From NCBI GenBank assembly GCA_022071975.1, contig JAJVIO010000036.1:1606-65605 (forward strand): DNA of 64,000 bases. The letters are read 5' to 3'. Source of the stretch: Planctomycetota bacterium (GTDB lineage Bacteria > Planctomycetota > UBA8742 > UBA2392). Shown one piece after another: positions 55,001-61,154 of the stretch (its first letter is position 1; each line of letters begins with the position of its first letter). The notes under the pieces were generated by a model, which worked only from the letters and a program-made list of their open reading frames with translations, had not been told where the DNA came from and made no database searches. Made by a program: the position numbers and the translations under genes.

Positions 55001-55281
55001 GACATGCCGTCCAGCTGCTCGTGACTCCCGGCCTCGGCCAGGCACACCAGCGCGCGCGTGACTGCGCGGTCGCGGTCTTGGCCCTGTGGCAGCGCCTGTG
55101 CGGCCTTCAGGTAGTCGTCGGCAGCCGCGCCTGGTTGCCTGGCGTCAAAGGCTGCGTCGGCGCGGGCCAGGGCGGCTTGCGCTTCTTTCAGACGTTCCTG
55201 GGCCTGGTAGGTGTGGGAGATGAGGATGGAGATAGCGGCGAGAGAAACAAGCACCGCCACGGCGAGGAATGTCCGTTTCAT
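49018..55281 (-). CDS. Alpha-2-macroglobulin family protein (2087 aa) with intact thioester motif and N-terminal TPR-like extension
   Basis: Thioester site YPHGCAEQTTNKF (CAEQ at 50680-50691). It has long MG-domain-like beta regions, an alpha/alpha-toroid TED-like region (NSDGGWGWFNYDG..., QRKQGGGWGNTRATGQA), and an N-terminal signal anchor MKRTFLAVAVLVSLAAISILI with no lipobox Cys. Confidence 0.9.
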   Translation of the reverse strand: MKRTFLAVAVLVSLAAISILISHTYQAQERLKEAQAALARADAAFDARQPGAAADDYLKAAQALPQGQDRDRAVTRALVCLAEAGSHEQLDGMSAGMTGFIQRISELGKRVDAFRMAGLYFASRDHDYHVGPDGKTRDYVLRPELLKEEEVWRWREVSTLSRDLLLARGLLYEAHEASRTLLELQPGAKPQLERHVAITLEYCDLLEVNDRLQGRTTNAMHFFGSDYGVGGIAEQRRPESPVEESPEEEPQAEPEPAFPVAAQPAEEPFTRRGYYLQPDYPSLPTINALIETASRRAEDLKDKALQATILYRRAVLMINVGLYGNAALNARLTDWRNPTKAEPDITRDPRPLLSKLLKEHAGSIWDDEARFLLGYIAYYLNDFDAARGEFDQLEKDHPKSRYIGEARRLVQVIEFPQLFTSFSTGGSENALVAPGQVLTISVYARNVDSVRVSLRPVDLARVLAKAGNAGHVYADLAEIQKLPGFEQALGLSVMDQSFKLNPDSKHFYHWRDGLPLYTSTPGVFLLEVSGGPVLERKLVQIADLAVQRRRLAETEQFWVTTRDGRPIADAVVRGGYHENLYVSVPYRETVPVDERDLTKGTQQVTRFREERQLVQHDVKGATNANGLFETQLPPHQVSNFWATVDVGGVLYLVNDANDPKRIEAPASWLPQPMPEPVRDLRAFVYSDRPVYRPGDKAWLRLITRLPMGEGSLEGERALLRVLYDGIEQARFEVVLNEFGCATAQFDVPFGAPLGAYDVLVSSPRIGGDTSFQLKVLEYFKKDIRLEIEAPKEALIPGSNAEIPLLFKYLAGGAVQGGEVRYTVNARSADGKSWQPAAGSGRTNLEGRLLIALDTQRISAEADGRAVTLTINAEGTGPGGQTVHAQATARLSGSGISVKVEWSQANWLSGSQVNMGLRVLDSSGRRLNAGGRYTVWRITDQSSLRPGDWNNPSIKRLYDRPFYDHGQLDSVLLQMPRETGRYYIEIEGEAGDEYFELTHSVLMIGRGDFDRAPFAVLPEFDSYDLTGPARVLLTQPRAGDVLLSLHADGRESDHRLLRGAPGTGIHELALAESNAPHVQLSARAVRGGDFLADRYGVKVRPVTKLIHTMVRFDKERYKPGEQASVDIFTFGHLGKPVPAEVALSVFDSALKEFAESALQRTILYDHFFAGTSRFVASDVNLGARTKVKPTRRSDAKVKRWKINDMPPGSFFYGARSWTSTRQVSLLAMLENPGELYEDLRIMEDARDSMEANEWPNDSDNESPSPYYGPNSSVGLGGGAGGGGRGGFAHRRARGGGGAPGSAPPERADFQDSAYFNPSIRTNDKGVATISFKLPDNLTEWTIEATATDRAAAVGQTSGSFTVARELGLRMVGPRGLTEGDEIELCALVQNLGERAASVSCEVELNVNQPSAKLSLLSSPSPASCSIAPGGSQEVRFRVKVEGFGRAALKVSASSDDDADSLVWKYEVNPRGMPVTTTTSFRFEPGKETISITPELPRGALLERSSVSLQFNGSLLSSVIDALPGLVNYPHGCAEQTTNKFVPLLSVLQLLKANKLDIYEIGKTRISYDGAVGGDSWPAQLSNPLELQKMVDLGFGNLRRYQNSDGGWGWFNYDGSNPHLSATVLAGLCSARELAGGVGLSLPASEDAMDEMFRRGALFLLGLNNGDDPALRARALHAAAWAISCLPRPQGDVTDPYQRTRELLEEKLLAAQATLGNDSNQAAERAGGSAGLASLLLALHHAGRERDAQFVLKALLAQAEDDGRGGVQFPSGSNPDCRWHDTPIEAHALAIQAIATVAPAEPMLKRAADSLLQRKQGGGWGNTRATGQAVQALAAYLQSNQEEAGEARVSIRLGAAQVGTFERTKGKLLSGRTRWEIGGDLLKGQAGAGLTLSRSGNAAVSGSVTVRAFIPVSEPVGEKSNGLSVTRVYRRRMSVEKQVEVEVRNERGAVLRRYTETRVEHEYSTLKAGDKLNVGDVLTVTIQVTGKAGDRYICIEDARPSCLEPISSRFEPLPGLIEAQGELLWLTKEERDTTTNFYATELDARGVITFRYDCVVVAGGKFTALPARAYDMYDESRNGHSGSNLLDVK

Positions 55282-55387
55282 GCCCAGTCCTTGAGTTTGT
55301 ACTGCGTACTACCCCGGTACGTAGTGAAACGCGGCATGACAATGAAAGTTCGCCCCATTCCACGCCAGCGAACGGCACGATTCACGC

Positions 55388-56380
55388 TTACTTGGCCGAC
55401 CGCGACTTCAGGAACAGTTCCGCGATTTCGAACGCGGTGATGAGGATGGAAACGCTGGTGCCCACCTGAGTGTGATAACCCGAAGTGCTGGTGGTGTATT
55501 GGCGGATCACGATTACCTGCACGCCCTCTTTGCGCTGCTGCTCGAGGATTACACCGTTTGGCAGCTTGGGTTTTCGCCCCAGCACATCCAGCAGCTTGAG
55601 CTCATCGCGCGCAACGATGCAGGCGTAGAAATACGGGTAGCCGGCGCCCTGCACACGGTTGACTACCACCTGTCCCTGCACGCCGAAGAAGCCGGGCGGA
55701 GAGTCCTTGAACTCCACCAGCAGCTTGAAGTCTTCGGGTATCTGCTGCTCGCCCTCGCCCTTGAGCAGCATCTGCGCCAGGAATTCGCCGCGCTTGAACG
55801 TCGCGGCGGGAAGCGCCCGTAGCAGCTTGTCCACGTGCTCGGCTTTCAGCACCAGGTCCGGCTTGCGGTGGATCGAACGCATGCCGTTGAACCAGTTCAG
55901 GCCCAGCAGTGCCAGGCCGTCCATGGCCACGATGCCCGCTACCGGGGGCGAGAACTCCAGCAACAGGATGGTGCCGCCACCCAGGATTACCGCCATCGCC
56001 GCAAGAGTAACGCAGCCCATTACGCTGCTGGCGTCGAGAATGCTTTCGTCCCATTTCTTCATACGCCGATCCTGGTCCAGGATCTGGCGGATGCGGTCAA
56101 GCTCGGTGCGCTTCCATTCCCCGGCGTGGTGATAGCTGCGGAAGTCCAACCGGTTGTCGTAACCGCGAATCCAGCCCAGCAGCACGGCTGGAACCAGCAG
56201 TGGAAAACCCGCCCAGGCGCTGAGGAACAGTATCTGCAACACCAGCGCGAGCAGCACCAGACCCGCGACCAGCGCGAGCCGCGGCCTGTAGGCCAGCTTG
56301 GGCAGCAGCAGGAACTTGATCACCGGCTCCGCGCTTTCGGCGCGGATCAGTTGTGTTCCCTTCACTGCGGTGGTGGTCAT
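55388..56380 (-). CDS. Hypothetical polytopic membrane protein (third gene of the rSAM cassette)
   Basis: ATG 56380 overlaps the rSAM stop (ATGA). Four hydrophobic helices are followed by a C-terminal soluble domain of about 170 aa. No family recognised. Confidence 0.65.
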   Translation of the reverse strand: MTTTAVKGTQLIRAESAEPVIKFLLLPKLAYRPRLALVAGLVLLALVLQILFLSAWAGFPLLVPAVLLGWIRGYDNRLDFRSYHHAGEWKRTELDRIRQILDQDRRMKKWDESILDASSVMGCVTLAAMAVILGGGTILLLEFSPPVAGIVAMDGLALLGLNWFNGMRSIHRKPDLVLKAEHVDKLLRALPAATFKRGEFLAQMLLKGEGEQQIPEDFKLLVEFKDSPPGFFGVQGQVVVNRVQGAGYPYFYACIVARDELKLLDVLGRKPKLPNGVILEQQRKEGVQVIVIRQYTTSTSGYHTQVGTSVSILITAFEIAELFLKSRSAK

Positions 56381-57750
56381 TTCTGCTTGCCCTTGTTTGC
56401 CTGCTCGATTTCGTCAAAGCCGATCACCCGCCAGTACAGCGGGCAGGCGCCGTGGCAGACCTGGAAGTGCTCACAGCCCTTGCAGATGTCGTGGGCCAGG
56501 AACTTCTTGCGGAAGTTCTGCGCCTTCTCTGAATTCCATACCTGGTCGAAGCTGCCCTCGATGATGTCCCCCACCGGGTCGTCGTAGCTGGCACAGGGGA
56601 TCACCTGGCCGTCCGCACCGACCGAAACCAGCCCGTCGCAGGCCGAGCAACCCTTGTTGCCCAAGCCGTGCAGAATGGGATTGAAGATGCACATGGGCGT
56701 GGGCGAGTACCACTTGAACTCGACACCGTGCCGCTTTGCGCCTTCCAGGATCTGCTCCAGCACGGGGCCCAGCTCGGTGTACTTCACCACCAGTTCTTCG
56801 TTCAGGTTGGCGCTTCCGGTGGGGATCACCAGGTTCATGCTGAAGGTCTGGTTGCCTAGCGTATTCGCCACGAACTCGGGGAACTTCACCACGTCGTGCA
56901 GGTTGGTCTTGGTGATGGTGGTGTTGGTGTTCACGCGCACGCCGGCGGCCTTGTAGTTGGCCACGCCCTCCACGGCGCGCTTGAAGTGGCCGGGAATGCG
57001 GGTGATGCCCTCATGCACCTCGGCCGTCGTCCCCTCGATGCTGATCTGCACCGAGTGCAGGCCGGCGTCGGCCAGCTTCTTCACGAACTCGGGCGTGCTG
57101 CGCAGGCCGTTGCTGATCAGGTTCACGCGCATGCCCAGGGAGCGCGCGTAGGCGATCATCTCGGGCAACTCGGGGCGGAGGGTCGCCTCACCGCCCGTGA
57201 AGCTGACGCTTGGCACCTTGGCCTCATGCTTGATCTTGTGCAGCACCTGCTTCACTTCATCCAGCGTCATCTCGCGGTCGTTGCCGACCGGGTTCACCGT
57301 GCAGTTGCAGCCCGCATAACAGAAGGTGCAGGTCGCGTTGCAGCGGTAGGTGATCGCCACTTCGCTCAGCACCGGGTAGGGCGAGAAATCCATCGTGAAC
57401 GGGATCTTGTCCACAGCCGGCGATTCGTAGGTGTCGTTCAGGCCTTCCTTCAGCATGGTGCGCAGGTCCAGCAGGAAGCGCTCGGTGTCTCGCCACACGG
57501 CCGGGTTGTCGCCCCAGGGAGCGAGGATCTGCTCGATGCTTTCGCCTTCGCGCAGGCGCTTGATCAGGCGGATGCCCTCGGGGTTCAGCTTGAAGGCCTT
57601 GTTGGGGCGCTGGATGAAGACGTTGTCTTCTTCGCGCACCTCGATGTAGTCGTGGACGTTGCGCATCCACTCACGCACCCAGCTCAGGTCCACGACCGGC
57701 TGCTGCACCACGGCCTGCTTGCGGCCGAACAGCATCTCCAGGAACGCCAT
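56377..57750 (-). CDS. Radical SAM/SPASM-domain peptide/protein maturase with N-terminal PqqD-like RRE
   Basis: The start MAFLEML at 57750 overlaps the upstream stop (TGATG), with a GGAGGA RBS inside the upstream gene. CX3CX2C motif CNATCTFC at 57319-57342. The C-terminus is Cys-rich and SPASM-like (GNKGCSACDGLVSVGADGQVIPC...CKGCEHFQVCHGACP). The N-terminal region reads NKAFKLNPEGIRLIKRLREGESIEQIL. Confidence 0.9.
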   Translation of the reverse strand: MAFLEMLFGRKQAVVQQPVVDLSWVREWMRNVHDYIEVREEDNVFIQRPNKAFKLNPEGIRLIKRLREGESIEQILAPWGDNPAVWRDTERFLLDLRTMLKEGLNDTYESPAVDKIPFTMDFSPYPVLSEVAITYRCNATCTFCYAGCNCTVNPVGNDREMTLDEVKQVLHKIKHEAKVPSVSFTGGEATLRPELPEMIAYARSLGMRVNLISNGLRSTPEFVKKLADAGLHSVQISIEGTTAEVHEGITRIPGHFKRAVEGVANYKAAGVRVNTNTTITKTNLHDVVKFPEFVANTLGNQTFSMNLVIPTGSANLNEELVVKYTELGPVLEQILEGAKRHGVEFKWYSPTPMCIFNPILHGLGNKGCSACDGLVSVGADGQVIPCASYDDPVGDIIEGSFDQVWNSEKAQNFRKKFLAHDICKGCEHFQVCHGACPLYWRVIGFDEIEQANKGKQK

Positions 57751-59396
57751 CAGAATGATCCTCCGCTGTGGCAGGCCGAATGGCACGCCGAGTGACAGGC
57801 AGAATGGCACGCGCTGTGGCAAGCTGAATGGCAGGCGCTGTGGCATGCGCTGTGACAGGCCGAGTGGCAGACGTCGATGGCACCCGGGTCGGTCAGAAAA
57901 TCCTGGTAGGTGATGTGGTCTACCTTCACATCAATGGAGCGCTCGAAGCGGTCTGGCAGCAGTGTGCGGTCATAGTCGCGGTAGTGGTGGTGCCAGAAAT
58001 ACCAGTGGTGCCAGCCGAAGTGGCGCCGGTTGAAAGGTTTGGCCTGGTCCTGCTCAGGTGTCTCGTGACCCTTCCTGGTCTGCTCCTGCCAAACCTGGTT
58101 GATCTGCGCCTGCCAGTACTTCTTGGTGGCTTCAATGTCGCAATCCCAGGCCTTCTTCTGGACGTTCTTCACCACCAGGTCCAGCAGGTACTCCAGCTCG
58201 GCCTCCGAGAACTTGCCATCGTCGCGGGCCGCCTTGATCATCTCGTACTCGTACTCTTCAAGGCCGGCGACTTCTTCCTTGCTGCGTTGCAGCACCTTCA
58301 CCTTGAGGGGATCAGCCTTCAGCACCTCGAGGAAGCCGGCTGCGGACAGGCGCTGCAGCATCACGCTCAGGATGCGCTTGTAAGGCAGCTCCAGGAAGAA
58401 CGCGACCTCGACCGGCGTCAGCGTCTCACACACTTTGCCGGGTTTCCGGAAGGTGGAGAGCTTGATCTTGGGCGGCACCCACTCTACCGCTTCCCAGGCC
58501 ACGTCATCCAGCGAATCGCGCGCCCTGCGGGTTTCACGGTGCTTGTAGTAGGTGATGCCCGCAAACAGCAGCAACAGCACGACCACGATCCCGATCAGCA
58601 GCAGCCGTGCGGAGCCATCTTCAAGGTAGTTGGGGCCGTAATCATAGGGGCTGCTGCCCGGGCCGCCTCCCACGGGCGGACGGCTGGGGTCGTACGCGCC
58701 GAACGTGGCGTCGAACAACGCGGCGTCAACGTATTGCTGAACCAGCATCTTGCCGAAGGCCGGCATGCGATCCTTATGCAGCAGCACTTCGAAGCGGCCG
58801 TTCTGGTTGCGATAGTCGATCCGGTATTGCTCGTTCATCCACTTCTCGGTGCGGAAGTGGACCGAGTCCAGGAACGCCGGCGAACGCGGGTCACCGGAAA
58901 CCTCGACCGGGTAGCGCACGTACACGGTGTAGTGCTCAAGGGCGTGGTCCCATTCGCTGGGCGCCCAGTGGAAAACCACCAGCTTGCGCCCTTCCGGGTC
59001 GGTGGTCTGGGCCAGATGGCCCGTGTGGCCGAAGTCTGTGGCGAACCGGAACTTGAAGATCGCCGAACCGCTGCTGATGCCGGCCCCGTTGGCGAACTGG
59101 ATGGTCTTCTTGCCCGAATTGAAACCGCGCTCGATTGGCATGGTTCGGCCGTTATCGAGCGTCGCCAGGCCCCATGCGTCGTCCCACACCGGGTCCAGGT
59201 CGTCGATCTGCGGGCCGGTGAAGTAGAAACCGTGAAACTCGCCGCTGTCGTGCTGGTACTTCACGGCGTACTCGACACCGGCCTTGCCGTCTTTCTGCAG
59301 ATTAACTGTGACTTCGCACCACACGGGATGGCCGGAGCCCGCCCACAGGGCGCAGGGGGCCATCAGCAGGATCAACAGCAGGATGCGCACGTGCAT
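57750..59396 (-). CDS. DUF2207-like single-pass membrane protein with His/Trp-rich patch and C-terminal (Cys-His-Ser-Ala)8-Cys-His-Ser repeat
   Basis: The order is signal peptide MHVRILLLILLMAPCALWA, an ectodomain, then TM helix LLLIGIVVVLLLLFAGITYY followed by KHRETRRAR. A DUF2207-like segment LTPVEVAFFLELPYKRILSVMLQRLSAAGFLEV comes next, then HFGWHHWYFWHHHY. The protein ends VCHSACHSACHSACHSACHSACHSACHSACHSACHSGGSF. Confidence 0.8.
   Translation of the reverse strand: MHVRILLLILLMAPCALWAGSGHPVWCEVTVNLQKDGKAGVEYAVKYQHDSGEFHGFYFTGPQIDDLDPVWDDAWGLATLDNGRTMPIERGFNSGKKTIQFANGAGISSGSAIFKFRFATDFGHTGHLAQTTDPEGRKLVVFHWAPSEWDHALEHYTVYVRYPVEVSGDPRSPAFLDSVHFRTEKWMNEQYRIDYRNQNGRFEVLLHKDRMPAFGKMLVQQYVDAALFDATFGAYDPSRPPVGGGPGSSPYDYGPNYLEDGSARLLLIGIVVVLLLLFAGITYYKHRETRRARDSLDDVAWEAVEWVPPKIKLSTFRKPGKVCETLTPVEVAFFLELPYKRILSVMLQRLSAAGFLEVLKADPLKVKVLQRSKEEVAGLEEYEYEMIKAARDDGKFSEAELEYLLDLVVKNVQKKAWDCDIEATKKYWQAQINQVWQEQTRKGHETPEQDQAKPFNRRHFGWHHWYFWHHHYRDYDRTLLPDRFERSIDVKVDHITYQDFLTDPGAIDVCHSACHSACHSACHSACHSACHSACHSACHSACHSGGSF
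57765..57869 (-). repeat. Coding 12-nt-period tandem repeat: nine Cys-His-Ser units (eight with a following Ala)
   Basis: Translated codon by codon, Cys codons fall at 57771, 57783, 57795, 57807, 57819, 57831, 57843, 57855 and 57867. The repeat units differ at synonymous positions. Confidence 0.95.
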
Positions 59397-59449
59397 TGAG
59401 TCGCCATCCTAGACACGGGCGCGGTTAAAGTGGATAGCTAACGGCGGGA

Positions 59450-59459
59450 TGCATATGCA
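59450..59459. promoter_or_regulatory. 10-bp palindrome TGCATATGCA in the divergent intergenic region between the rSAM cassette and the NrfCD/Mo-enzyme genes
   Basis: A perfect palindrome in a locally AT-richer stretch of the 137-nt spacer (59397-59533). Confidence 0.3.
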
Positions 59460-59533
59460 ATGATGGCGCGTTCAGACTAACAAGCGACGGTGCGCCTGCA
59501 CTGTCATGTTCGGGCGGACGGACCGGGGGCTGA

Positions 59534-61144
59534 ATGCGTTACGGTTTCGTGATCGACAACCGCGTGTGCATCGGCTGCCACGCCTGCACGGTGGCCTGCA
59601 AGGCCGAGCACCTGGTGCCCATCGGCGTCAACCGCACCTGGGTCAAGTACATCGAGCGCGGGGAATACCCCAACGTGGCCCGCAACTTCCAGGTCACGCG
59701 CTGCAACCACTGCGTGGACGCGCCCTGCGTCACGATCTGCCCCACCAGCGCGCTGTTTTCACGCGAAGACGGCATCGTCGATTTCGACAACCGGCGCTGT
59801 ATCGGCTGCAAGTCGTGCACCCAGGCCTGCCCCTACGACGCCCTGTACATCGACCCCAACACCCACACGGCCGCCAAGTGCAACTTCTGCGCCCACCGCA
59901 TCGACCAGGGCCTGAACCCCAGCTGCGTGAACATCTGCCCCGAGCAGGCCATCCACTTCGGCGACCTGGACGACCCCAAGAGCGACGTCGCCAATCTCGT
60001 CAGCCGCGAACACGTCGGGCAGCGCAAGCCCGAAAAGGGCACCATGCCCAGCGTGTTCTACATCGACGGCGACAGTGCAGCCCTAAACCCTGCCGCGACC
60101 CAGATGCCCGAGTCCACCATGTGGTCGGAACAGAACCGCGGAGTGGGCCACAACGTGGGCAAGAGCGGCGAGGCGACCGACCTTCTCGGCATCGTGCGCC
60201 GCGCCCAGGCCACCCGCGCCGAGCGCAGCGACGCCCCCGAGCCCGTGCTCGACGGCCTGCTTCGCGACCTCGAGAAGGCCACAGGCGCCAGCAAAGTGCG
60301 CCGGGCATACGACCAGCCGGACAAGGGCATCCAGTGGGGCTGGGAAGTGCCGGCCTATGTGGTGACCAAGGCTTTGTCGGCGGGGCTGGCCTTGGTCAGC
60401 GCGCTGGCGTTCATTCTGCCGAGCCTGGGCCTGCAGTCGGCCGCATTCAACACGGGTGGCAACCTGTTCCAGGTGGTGCTGCCGATTGTCTCTATGGTGT
60501 TCCTGGTGATCACCGGCGGCCTGCTGGTGAAGGACCTCGACCAGCCCCTGCGCTTCGTGTACGTGCTGCTGCGCCCCCACTGGACCAGCTGGCTGGTGCG
60601 CGGCGGTTATATCATCACCTTCACCGGCGGCCTGACGGCACTGTGGACGGCCAACGGTTTGTTCTTCCACTCGCCCCAGGTGTTCAAGCTGCTGGCCTGG
60701 CCCCTGGCGCTGCTGTCGCTGGCCTGCGCGGGCTACACCGGCTTCCTGTTCGGCCAGTGCAAGGGCCGCGATTTCTGGCAGAGCCCCGCCCTGCCGCTGC
60801 ACATGATGAACCATGCGCCCCTGTCCGGCTTCGCCGTGCTGGCGCTGATCGGGCGCGACGTGCGCTGGGCGCTGTTCGCCTTCACCTTGATCAACCTGGC
60901 GGTGATCGCCTTCGAGATCTGGGGCAAGCACCCCAACGAGGACAGCGCCGCCACCGCCCACGACATGCAAAAAGGACGCGCCGGCCGGATGTTCTGGTTC
61001 GGCGTAATCGGCATCGGCGGTGTGCTGCCGCTGCTGCTGTTGCTGGTGAAGGCCCCGTTCTCGGCAGCGCTGGCCGTGCTGCTGGGCCTGGCCATCACCG
61101 AGTACCTTTGGGTGATCATGCCGCAGAAGAGGCCGAACACGTAA
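59534..61144 (+). CDS. Fused 4x[4Fe-4S] ferredoxin subunit (NrfC/DmsB/PsrB-like) and NrfD/PsrC-like 8-TM quinol-interacting membrane subunit
   Basis: Four Cys clusters: CIGCHACTVAC, CNHCVDAPCVTICP, CIGCKSCTQACP and CNFC...CVNICP. The C-terminal half has eight hydrophobic helices beginning WGWEVPAYVVTKALSAG. No twin-arginine signal is present. Confidence 0.85.
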   Translation: MRYGFVIDNRVCIGCHACTVACKAEHLVPIGVNRTWVKYIERGEYPNVARNFQVTRCNHCVDAPCVTICPTSALFSREDGIVDFDNRRCIGCKSCTQACPYDALYIDPNTHTAAKCNFCAHRIDQGLNPSCVNICPEQAIHFGDLDDPKSDVANLVSREHVGQRKPEKGTMPSVFYIDGDSAALNPAATQMPESTMWSEQNRGVGHNVGKSGEATDLLGIVRRAQATRAERSDAPEPVLDGLLRDLEKATGASKVRRAYDQPDKGIQWGWEVPAYVVTKALSAGLALVSALAFILPSLGLQSAAFNTGGNLFQVVLPIVSMVFLVITGGLLVKDLDQPLRFVYVLLRPHWTSWLVRGGYIITFTGGLTALWTANGLFFHSPQVFKLLAWPLALLSLACAGYTGFLFGQCKGRDFWQSPALPLHMMNHAPLSGFAVLALIGRDVRWALFAFTLINLAVIAFEIWGKHPNEDSAATAHDMQKGRAGRMFWFGVIGIGGVLPLLLLLVKAPFSAALAVLLGLAITEYLWVIMPQKRPNT

Positions 61145-61154
61145 GGAGCGCAGG

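Noticed and set aside
57751-57846. Repeat-like N-terminal extension of the rSAM ORF (MPQRLPFSLPQRVPFCLSLGVPFGLPQRR), which could be mistaken for a precursor peptide or leader
   Set aside because: It is simply another reading frame of the 12-nt CHSA repeat belonging to the upstream gene. The rSAM gene has a proper GGAGGA RBS and an overlapping TGATG start at 57750.
57765-57869. Short regularly spaced repeats that might suggest a CRISPR array or microsatellite
   Set aside because: The period is only 12 nt with no spacers. The repeats lie in frame inside a long ORF and encode a strict CHSA peptide period with synonymous variation, so this is a coding repeat and not a CRISPR array.
56377-59396. 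Assignment to the known His-Xaa-Ser (Hxs) repeat system, or to anaerobic sulfatase maturase (anSME)
   Set aside because: Hxs substrates have an H-x-S period of 3 and a multi-gene hxsBCD context, whereas here the unit is C-H-S-A with period 4. anSME targets C/S-x-P/A-x-R within sulfatases; no sulfatase gene or CxAxR motif is present. The similarity is only at the level of the rSAM/SPASM superfamily.
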